NCBI GenBank assembly: GCA_015488275.1
Contig: WFOD01000015.1
Coordinates: 1-53,962, forward strand
Source: Deltaproteobacteria bacterium
GTDB lineage: Bacteria > Desulfobacterota > Desulfobulbia > Desulfobulbales > S012-135
Length of the DNA stretch: 53,962 nucleotides
Direction: 5' to 3'
Below, in pieces: positions 46,194-53,962 of the stretch. The position numbers were made by a program, and so were the translations under genes. The notes beneath the pieces were generated by a model. The model made no database searches, was not told where the DNA came from, and saw nothing but the letters and a program-made list of their open reading frames with translations. Every line of letters starts with the position of its first letter. Within the stretch, counting starts at the first letter, position 1.

Positions 46194-47641
46194 CAGCGAA
46201 GTTTGGGCTTTTTACGCAATTTGGAGGGCAGGATGCCCATCTGCTCCCGGTACTTCGCCACGGTCCGCCGGGCGAGCTTGATCCCCTCCCGGTTGAAGAT
46301 GGCGGCGATGGCGCTATCGCTCAGCGGCTTTTCCGGGTCCTCCTCCTGCACGATCCGGCGGATGCGCTCCTTGATGGACAGCGAGGCCAGGGCCTCGCCG
46401 CCGTCCCGCCGCTCAATGGCTGAATTGAAAAAGAATTTGAGCTCAAAGGTGCCCTGGGGGGTATGGACGTACTTGTTGCTCGTCACCCGGCTGATGGTGG
46501 ACTCGTGCATGCCGATATCCTCGGCGATGTCGCGCAGGACCAAGGGCCGCAGGTGGGCAATGCCGTGCTCGAAAAAGGGCTTTTGGAACTTGACGATGGA
46601 CTCGACCACCCGGTAGATGGTGCGCTGCCGCTGGTGGATCGACTTGATAAGCCACTGGGCCGAACGGAGCTTTTCGGTGATGTACTCCCGGGTCGAGGCG
46701 TCGGCCCGCTCCCGTTCCTGGAGAATCTTACGGTAATAGCCACTGATCCGCAGCCGCGGCAGGCCGTCTTCGTTGAGCAGGATCACGTACTCATCGTCCA
46801 TCTTGTAAACGTACACGTCGGGCACGATGTAGTGCGGCTCTTCGTCTGAGTACTGGCGGCCGGGATGGGGATCAAGGCCGGTGATGACGTCGATCGCCGC
46901 CAGCACCTCCCGGCGGGAGGCCTTGGTCGCCCGGACGATGCCGGCGTAGTTCTTGCGCTCGAGAAGGCGCAGGTGATCGCGGACAATGACAGCGGCGAGC
47001 GAGTCGCCGAGTCCCAGGCGCTCGAGCTGGAGGAGCAGGCTCTCTTGCACGTTGCGCGCCCCGATGCCGGCCGGATCCATCTCTTGCACCACCCGCACGA
47101 GACGCGCCGCCGTCTCCTCGTCGCAGCCAGTGGCCGCGGCGATCTCTGGCGTGTCGATATCGAGAAAGCCGTCTTTATCGAGATTGCCGATAATGAACTC
47201 GCCGACTTCCTTTTCTTCGTCAGAGAGGTCGGAAAGGCTGAGCTGCCACTGGAGGTGAGAGGCCAGATCGGGCTTGCGGGTAAGGATATTGAGGCGGGAG
47301 GGAAACTCGGAATCATCGCCCGGACGGATCGAGGGCAGGGACTCGTATTCGTTGGCATAGTCGGTCCAGTCGATCTCCTGCATGGAGGACTCGCCGCCGC
47401 CGTCCTCCATCGACACCGCTGGCGTGGTCTCCGGCTCCGGCCTGGCCTCGGGCTCTTCGGCGGCTCCCCCCCCCTCCTCTTCCGGCGCTTCCTCGAGCAC
47501 CGGGTTGTGCTCCATTTCCTGCTGGATGGTCTCGGCCAGCTCGAGCCGCGAAAGCTGCAGCAGCTTGATCGCCTGCTGGAGCTGCGGCGTCATGACCAGC
47601 TGCTGGGTCAGCTTGACTTGTTGTCGGAGTTCAAGTGCCAT
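46193..47641 (-). CDS. rpoN: RNA polymerase sigma-54 factor
   Basis: MALELRQQVKLTQQLVMTPQLQQAIKLLQ N-terminus and RpoN box ARRTVAKYR. I prefer ATG 47641 over the 49-aa track extension. Confidence 0.95.
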   Translation of the reverse strand: MALELRQQVKLTQQLVMTPQLQQAIKLLQLSRLELAETIQQEMEHNPVLEEAPEEEGGGAAEEPEARPEPETTPAVSMEDGGGESSMQEIDWTDYANEYESLPSIRPGDDSEFPSRLNILTRKPDLASHLQWQLSLSDLSDEEKEVGEFIIGNLDKDGFLDIDTPEIAAATGCDEETAARLVRVVQEMDPAGIGARNVQESLLLQLERLGLGDSLAAVIVRDHLRLLERKNYAGIVRATKASRREVLAAIDVITGLDPHPGRQYSDEEPHYIVPDVYVYKMDDEYVILLNEDGLPRLRISGYYRKILQERERADASTREYITEKLRSAQWLIKSIHQRQRTIYRVVESIVKFQKPFFEHGIAHLRPLVLRDIAEDIGMHESTISRVTSNKYVHTPQGTFELKFFFNSAIERRDGGEALASLSIKERIRRIVQEEDPEKPLSDSAIAAIFNREGIKLARRTVAKYREQMGILPSKLRKKPKLR

Positions 47642-47731
47642 GCCAATCAGTATAGCAAGGTAGGCGGGGGTTCGCCAACTCCATCGTCGCGGTGGGGCAA
47701 AAATCCCCTGCGCCACGGCCCGGCGCGCACG

Positions 47732-47752
47732 CAGCCCGTTGCAAACGGACTG
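47732..47752. repeat. Hairpin element, inverted-orientation copy (cagcccgttgcaaacggactg)
   Basis: Matches the reverse complement of the archetype with a 1-nt deletion and 1 substitution. It lies between lptB and rpoN. Confidence 0.65.
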
Positions 47753-47794
47753 CCAGCGAAAAAGGCCGCGGCAAGCCGCAACGCACACCTGGGG

Positions 47795-48550
47795 TTACAT
47801 GGAAAAGCGTTCGCCCAGATAAAACCGGCGCACGCGCGGATCAGCGACAATGGCCTCCGGCGGCCCGTGCGCCAGGATGCGCCCCTCGTTGACAATGTAC
47901 GCCCGGTCGCAGACCGAAAGGGTCTCCCGCACGTTGTGATCAGAGATGAGCACGCCCAGCCCTTGCCGCCGCAGGTCCACGATGATCTCCTGCAGATCGG
48001 CCACGGCCAGGGGATCGATACCGGCAAAGGGCTCATCGAGAAGAATGAACCGCGGTCCAAGGGCCAGGGTGCGCATGATCTCCACCCGCCGCCGTTCACC
48101 GCCGGAGAGCGACCGCCCAAGGCTTGCGGCCAGGTGCTCGATGCGAAAATCGGCAAGCAGCCGGGCGATGCGCTCCCGGATCTCACGGCGCGAGAGCCCC
48201 AGGGGCTCGAGCACGATGCGGACGTTCTCCTCCACGGTAAGCGACCGGAAGATCGACGGATCCTGCGCCAGGTAGGCGATGCCGCGCCGGGCCCGCCGGT
48301 GGATCGGCAGGCCGGTGATCTCTTCGCCGTTGAGAAAGACCTGGCCGGCATCGGGACGGACAAACCCGGCAATCATATAGAAAGAGGTGGTCTTGCCCGC
48401 CCCGTTGGGCCCCAGCATACCCACCACCGAGCCGGTAGTCACCTCAAGGCTTACGCCGTCCACCACCCGGCGGCCGCGGTAGCTCTTGACAAGCCCCCGC
48501 GCAGCCAAAGAGGCGGCTGGCGCGCCACCCTGCCGGCCGCCGTCATTCAT
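47795..48550 (-). CDS. lptB: LPS export ABC transporter ATP-binding protein LptB
   Basis: GPNGAGKTT and LSGGERRRVE are present. It lies between lptA and rpoN. The start is ATG 48550 or GTG 48568. Confidence 0.92.
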   Translation of the reverse strand: MNDGGRQGGAPAASLAARGLVKSYRGRRVVDGVSLEVTTGSVVGMLGPNGAGKTTSFYMIAGFVRPDAGQVFLNGEEITGLPIHRRARRGIAYLAQDPSIFRSLTVEENVRIVLEPLGLSRREIRERIARLLADFRIEHLAASLGRSLSGGERRRVEIMRTLALGPRFILLDEPFAGIDPLAVADLQEIIVDLRRQGLGVLISDHNVRETLSVCDRAYIVNEGRILAHGPPEAIVADPRVRRFYLGERFSM

Positions 48551-49145
48551 GGCCCCTGTCCCCTCCACGCTTGTCCCCCGCGCCAGGGACCGCTGCCGGC
48601 GGCCGCACCTTCCGCGCGTTGGGATAGAAAAAGGCCTTGACCCGCCCCTGTTGCCGGCCGCCCCGCTCCACTACTGTCCGGCCTTCGTCGAGGTACAGCT
48701 CGATCCGCTCCCCGCTCACCATGTTTCCCCCCTGCCAGGCGCGGGCGTTGCCGGTGAGCACCGCGTACCGCCGGCGGGCAAAGTACTCGAGGGCGTCGCC
48801 CGAGGCGGTCCAGTCCTGTTTGGCGATGGTCACCCGCCCGCGGGCGGTGAGCCGCTCGATGGCCTCTCCCCCCGCATCTCCGGCCTTGTCCCCCTGGGGG
48901 GCGTAGAACACCCGCATCTCGTCCGCCTCGATCCGCAGATCACCCTGCCGGGCCACGACGCTGCCGGCAAAGGCCACGGTCCGGCTTTTTTGGTCGGTCT
49001 CCATCCGGTCGGCCTCGATCCGCACCGGCGCCGCGGCCTGGGCGTGGGCCGCGCCGGCGCGGGCAAGCAGCAACAGCAACACGCAGCAAACAACGGCCAA
49101 GGGAGCGGCGCGCCCACCGGTCTGTAGGGCAAAGAACTTCATCAT
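48543..49145 (-). CDS. lptA: LPS transport periplasmic protein LptA (OstA-like)
   Basis: ATG-ATG at 49145/49142 is preceded by GGAGG. It has a signal peptide ..ARAGAAHA and the OstA_N-like pattern IEADRME..RIEADEMRVFY. Confidence 0.8.
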   Translation of the reverse strand: MMKFFALQTGGRAAPLAVVCCVLLLLLARAGAAHAQAAAPVRIEADRMETDQKSRTVAFAGSVVARQGDLRIEADEMRVFYAPQGDKAGDAGGEAIERLTARGRVTIAKQDWTASGDALEYFARRRYAVLTGNARAWQGGNMVSGERIELYLDEGRTVVERGGRQQGRVKAFFYPNARKVRPPAAVPGAGDKRGGDRGHE

Positions 49146-49171
49146 GCAACGCCTCCATGATGGAAGGTAAC

Positions 49172-49211
49172 GGATCACGGGGTTGCCCCCTCGCCTGCCG
49201 AAGCCGCGGCC
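49172..49211 (+). repeat. 40-nt direct repeat R1 (starts with a GGTCAC-RGGG family half-site)
   Basis: ggatcacggggttgccccctcgcctgccgaagccgcggcc; compare R2 at 49325. Confidence 0.8.
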
Positions 49212-49230
49212 CCGCCTACCTGCACCGGCA

Positions 49231-49258
49231 TCTGGTCACAGGGGCCCCTGTGACCAGA
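49231..49258. repeat. Perfect 28-nt palindrome TCTGGTCACAGGGG|CCCCTGTGACCAGA
   Basis: Read directly from the sequence. It lies in the lptA/argB divergent intergenic region between R1 and R2. Confidence 0.95.
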
Positions 49259-49324
49259 GCAGAACGCGCTTTCCGGTTGACGGCCGGAAGGGGACGGGAT
49301 ACGGTGAGGCGTCGTTCAGCGAAG

Positions 49325-49365
49325 CTGGTCACGGGGTTGCTCCTTCGCCTGCCGAAGCCGCGGCC
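49325..49365 (+). repeat. 40-nt direct repeat R2
   Basis: ctggtcacggggttgctccttcgcctgccgaagccgcggcc, 153 nt downstream of R1, differing from it at a handful of positions. Confidence 0.8.
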
Positions 49366-49436
49366 TCGCGGACCGTTCAACTCTACCCCAGGCGCCTCCA
49401 GGCGTAAACCGCAAAACCAGAACACCCCAACGATCT

Positions 49437-50333
49437 ATGGACACCTGTCTCTCCAAGGCCAAGATCCTCATCGAAGCCCTGCCCTATATCCGCGCCTTCG
49501 CCGACCAGACCATCGTCATCAAGTACGGCGGCCACGCAATGGTGGACGAGGAGCTCAAAAAGAACTTCGCCCTTGACATCATCCTCATGAAGTACATTGG
49601 CATCAACCCGGTGGTGGTGCACGGCGGCGGACCGCAGATCAACGAATTTTTGCAAAAAATGCGCATCGAGTCATCCTACGTGCACGGAATGCGGGTCACC
49701 GACGACCCCACGATGGACGTGGTGGAGATGGTGCTGGTGGGCAAGGTGAACAAGGAAATCGTCGGCCTGATCAACTTCCACGGCGGCCGGGCCGTGGGAC
49801 TCTCTGGCCGGGACGGCGATCTGGTCAAGGCGCGCAAGCTGACCATCCGGGCCCAGGCCGCCGACGACCAACCGCCGGAGATCATCGATCTCGGCCGGGT
49901 GGGCCAGGTGACCGAGGTCAACCCAGCGGTGCTCGAGACCCTGGACCGGCAGGACTTCATCCCGGTCATCGCGCCGGTGGGCGTAGGCGAAGAGGGCCGG
50001 TCGTACAACATCAACGCCGACCTGGTGGCCGGCGCCATCGCCGCCCGCCTCAAGGCCGCCAAGCTGATCCTGCTCACCGACGTTGAAGGCGTGCTCGACC
50101 GGGAGGGCCGGCTCATTCCCTCCATGACCACGGCCGAGGCGGACCGGCATATCCAAAGCGGGATGATCGCCGGCGGCATGATCCCCAAGATCCGCTGCTG
50201 CCAGGAGGCCCTGGCCGCCGGCGTGGGCAAGGCCCATATCATCGACGGCCGCAAGGAACACGCCATTCTCCTTGAAATGTTCACCCAGCAGGGCATAGGA
50301 ACGGAAATCGTCAGCGCTCCCGCCAACGCCTAG
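49437..50333 (+). CDS. argB: Acetylglutamate kinase
   Basis: [26 protein letters not shown] with a full-length ArgB match. Confidence 0.95.
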   Translation: MDTCLSKAKILIEALPYIRAFADQTIVIKYGGHAMVDEELKKNFALDIILMKYIGINPVVVHGGGPQINEFLQKMRIESSYVHGMRVTDDPTMDVVEMVLVGKVNKEIVGLINFHGGRAVGLSGRDGDLVKARKLTIRAQAADDQPPEIIDLGRVGQVTEVNPAVLETLDRQDFIPVIAPVGVGEEGRSYNINADLVAGAIAARLKAAKLILLTDVEGVLDREGRLIPSMTTAEADRHIQSGMIAGGMIPKIRCCQEALAAGVGKAHIIDGRKEHAILLEMFTQQGIGTEIVSAPANA

Positions 50334-50350
50334 CCACGGAGGCCCTTGCC

Positions 50351-51535
<1,185 letters not shown>

Positions 51536-51638
51536 GGGCAAAAAGCCTTGCAATTTTTCCCAGATACGATATGGATGCAGGTTTGTTGCGTGCGTTTCTT
51601 TTCTCCAACCCCTTCCGCAACGGCAAGGTGAATCAATC

Positions 51639-52556
51639 ATGGCACTCCATCTCCTCTCGCTGGCCGACTTCTCCGGCGAGGATCTGGCCGCCTACATCGA
51701 CCGGGCCATTGTCCTGAAGAAAGAAGCGGCCGCCGGTCTGCGTCACGACAGCCTGGCCGGCAAGACCCTTGGCATGATCTTCGAGAAACCATCGACCCGC
51801 ACCCGGGTCTCCTTTGAGGCCGCCATGTACGGCCTCGGCGGCCAAGTGATCTATCTCTCCGGCCGCGACACCCAGTTGGCGCGCAACGAACCGCTCAAAG
51901 ACATGGCCCGGGTGATGTCCCGTTATGTCGATGGCCTGGTGGTGCGCACCTTTGGCCAGGAGGTGGTGGAAGAGCTGGCGGCCTACGCCACCATTCCGGT
52001 GATCAACGCCCTGACCGATCTGCACCATCCCTGCCAGGTGCTCTCCGACATCATGACCGTGATCGAAAAGCGGGGACCGATCCAGGAGTTGGTCATCGCC
52101 TGGGTGGGCGACGGCAACAACATGGCCAACTCGTGGATCCAGGCCGCCGCCCGGCTCGGCTTCGAGTTGGTGCTCGCCTGTCCGGCGGACTACGATCCCG
52201 ACGCGGCCATCCTGGCCGCGGCCCAGGCCGAGGCCCGCCGGCCGATCTCCTTGGTCCGCGACCCCCGCGAGGCGGTGGCGCGGGCCGATGTGATCAACAC
52301 CGACGTATGGGCATCAATGGGGCAAGAGGCGGAAGAGGCGGAGCGGCGCGAGGTTTTCGCCCCCTTTCAGGTGAACGACGAACTCCTGGCCCAGGCGCCG
52401 GCCGACGCCATCGTGCTCCATTGCCTGCCGGCCCATCGCGGCGACGAGATCACCGCCGCCGTTATCGAAGGGCCGCGTTCCGTGGTGTTCGACCAGGCGG
52501 AGAACAAGCTCCACATCCACAAGGCGATCCTCGAAAGACACCTGGCCACGGGCTGA
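51639..52556 (+). CDS. argF: Ornithine carbamoyltransferase
   Basis: [13 protein letters not shown] and HCLPAHRG motifs. ATG 51639 is preceded by AAGGTGA. Confidence 0.93.
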   Translation: MALHLLSLADFSGEDLAAYIDRAIVLKKEAAAGLRHDSLAGKTLGMIFEKPSTRTRVSFEAAMYGLGGQVIYLSGRDTQLARNEPLKDMARVMSRYVDGLVVRTFGQEVVEELAAYATIPVINALTDLHHPCQVLSDIMTVIEKRGPIQELVIAWVGDGNNMANSWIQAAARLGFELVLACPADYDPDAAILAAAQAEARRPISLVRDPREAVARADVINTDVWASMGQEAEEAERREVFAPFQVNDELLAQAPADAIVLHCLPAHRGDEITAAVIEGPRSVVFDQAENKLHIHKAILERHLATG

Positions 52557-52641
52557 ACAAGAGCGCGAAAGACAGCAAGCCGGACCGGCCGCGCATAAAC
52601 AAATGCGACGCGGCGGGCCGCCGACAAACCCTACAGCGACC

Positions 52642-53856
52642 ATGACCCCCTCAAAGACCTATCAAAAGATCGTTCTCGCCTATTCCGGCGGGCTGGACAC
52701 CTCGGTGATCCTCACCTGGCTGCGCGAAACCTACCAATGCCCAGTGGTGGCCTTTGTCGCCGACGTGGGCCAACAAGAGGACTGGGACAAGGTGCGGGAA
52801 AAGGGCCTGGCCACCGGCGCGGAAAAAGTGGTGATCCGCGATCTGAAAGAGGAATTTGTCCGCGATTTCGTTTTTCCCGCCTTCCGGGCCAACGCGGCCT
52901 ACGAAGGCCTGTACCTGCTCGGCACCTCCCTCGCCCGGCCGCTCATCGCCCGTGAACAGGTGCGGGTGGCGGAGGAGGAAGGCGCCGACGCGGTGAGCCA
53001 CGGCGCCACGGGCAAAGGCAACGATCAGGTGCGGTTCGAGCTCACCTATCTGGCCCTGGCGCCGCAGCTCGCGATCATCGCGCCCTGGCGGATCTGGGAC
53101 CTCAACTCCCGCACCCGTCTCATGGCCTACGCCGAGGAACACGGCATTCCCGTGCCGGTCACCAAAGACAAGCCGTACAGCTCGGACGAAAACCTGCTGC
53201 ACATCAGCTTTGAGGGCGGCATCCTGGAGGACCCCTGGCAGGAGCCGGAAGAGTCGATGTTCAAGCTGTCGGTCTCCCCCGAGGCCGCGCCGGACCGGCC
53301 GACCTATATTGAGATCGATTTTGAGAAAGGCGATCCGGTGGCCATTGACGGCGAGCGCCTGTCGCCCGCCCGGCTGCTCGCCCGCCTCAACGAGCTGGGC
53401 GGCGCCAACGGCATCGGCCGGCTGGACATGGTGGAGAACCGGTTCGTGGGCATGAAGTCCCGCGGCGTGTACGAAACGCCGGGCGGCACGATCTTGCGTA
53501 TCGCCCACCGGGATCTCGAGTCCATCACCCTGGACCGCGAGGTGCTCCACTTGCGCGACAGCCTGGCGGGGCAGTACGCGCGCCTCGTGTACAACGGTTT
53601 TTGGTTCTCGCCCGAGATGCGGCTGTTGCAGCAGACCGTGGACGCCACCCAAGAGACGGTCTCCGGCACGGTGCGCCTCAAGCTCTACAAGGGTAACTGC
53701 GTCCCCGTGGGCCGCAAGTCCGACCAATCGCTCTACTCAGAAAGCTTTGCCACCTTTGAAGAAGACGAAGTGTACAGCCAGGCGGACGCTGGCGGCTTCA
53801 TCCGTCTCAACGCCCTGCGCCTGAAGATCCAGGCCCTGCTGCGCAAACGCGCCTGA
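52642..53856 (+). CDS. argG: Argininosuccinate synthase
   Basis: The AYSGGLDTS motif is present with a full-length ArgG match. I prefer ATG 52642 over 52603 on the basis of N-terminal length. Confidence 0.95.
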   Translation: MTPSKTYQKIVLAYSGGLDTSVILTWLRETYQCPVVAFVADVGQQEDWDKVREKGLATGAEKVVIRDLKEEFVRDFVFPAFRANAAYEGLYLLGTSLARPLIAREQVRVAEEEGADAVSHGATGKGNDQVRFELTYLALAPQLAIIAPWRIWDLNSRTRLMAYAEEHGIPVPVTKDKPYSSDENLLHISFEGGILEDPWQEPEESMFKLSVSPEAAPDRPTYIEIDFEKGDPVAIDGERLSPARLLARLNELGGANGIGRLDMVENRFVGMKSRGVYETPGGTILRIAHRDLESITLDREVLHLRDSLAGQYARLVYNGFWFSPEMRLLQQTVDATQETVSGTVRLKLYKGNCVPVGRKSDQSLYSESFATFEEDEVYSQADAGGFIRLNALRLKIQALLRKRA

Positions 53857-53874
53857 TCCCAAAAGCCTTCGGTT

Positions 53875-53962
53875 ATGAGTCAGCACGACAGCAAGAAGCC
53901 GTGGGACGGCCGCTTTCAAGAGGCCACCGCCGCCTCGGTGGAGGCGTTCACCGCCTCGGTGC
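53875..53962 (+). CDS. argH: Argininosuccinate lyase, 5' fragment truncated by the window end
   Basis: ATG 53875 translates to MSQHDSKKPWDGRFQEATAASVEAFTASV, matching the ArgH N-terminus (W.GRF...V..F..S). Confidence 0.8.
   Translation, partial: MSQHDSKKPWDGRFQEATAASVEAFTASV

Noticed and set aside
46865-48640. 591-aa plus-strand ORF antisense across rpoN and lptB. Similar long antisense ORFs lie over sat, fliD, mutS, the amidase, the gltD-like gene, atpD, atpA, cinA, the porin, argD and argG.
   Set aside because: Each overlaps a gene with clear family motifs on the other strand, and none shows recognisable motifs itself.
49172-49365. Possible CRISPR array (40-nt direct repeats)
   Set aside because: There are only two repeat copies, separated by 113 nt that itself contains a palindrome of the same repeat family. 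No cas genes are present, and the repeats are imperfect. It fits REP/MITE-like or operator DNA better.

Overview
GC-rich bacterial chromosomal window. Gene content (ATP sulfurylase, flagellar late genes, sigma-54, F-type ATPase with b/b' subunits, multiheme cytochrome) suggests a flagellated sulfur/sulfate-metabolising Desulfobacterota-like organism, but that taxonomic call is inference only. I recognise about 45 protein genes and no rRNA, tRNA, CRISPR array, transposase or integrase. Most of the window is core housekeeping: aroB, sat, flaG/fliS/fliD, mutS, a cell-wall amidase, atpF'FHAGDC (the a and c subunit genes are not in this window), alaS, recA, cinA, mtaB, mnmA, lptA-lptB-rpoN-ptsN, and argB-argD-argF-argG-argH'. 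Four things stand out. (1) A 1,933-aa secreted c-type cytochrome carries 43 CxxCH motifs built from DNA-level repeated 3-heme modules, ends in cadherin-like/Ig-like domains, and is preceded by a candidate sigma-54 promoter. (2) A tightly packed five-gene operon (ICMT-like methyltransferase, squalene/phytoene-synthase-like enzyme with a degenerate Asp-rich motif, class I SAM methyltransferase, FtsX-type permease, ABC ATPase) converges on two outer-membrane beta-barrel genes; I read it as a candidate uncharacterised methylated-isoprenoid synthesis and export cassette. (3) A RapZ homologue consists of the C-terminal domain only and is followed by a 112-nt inverted repeat. (4) At least three families of short intergenic repeats occur, several placed flush against stop codons. 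The ORF track uses the longest ATG/GTG/TTG start. I trimmed many N-termini to internal ATGs with Shine-Dalgarno sequences and known N-terminal homology. The many long antisense ORFs are treated as GC-content artefacts.
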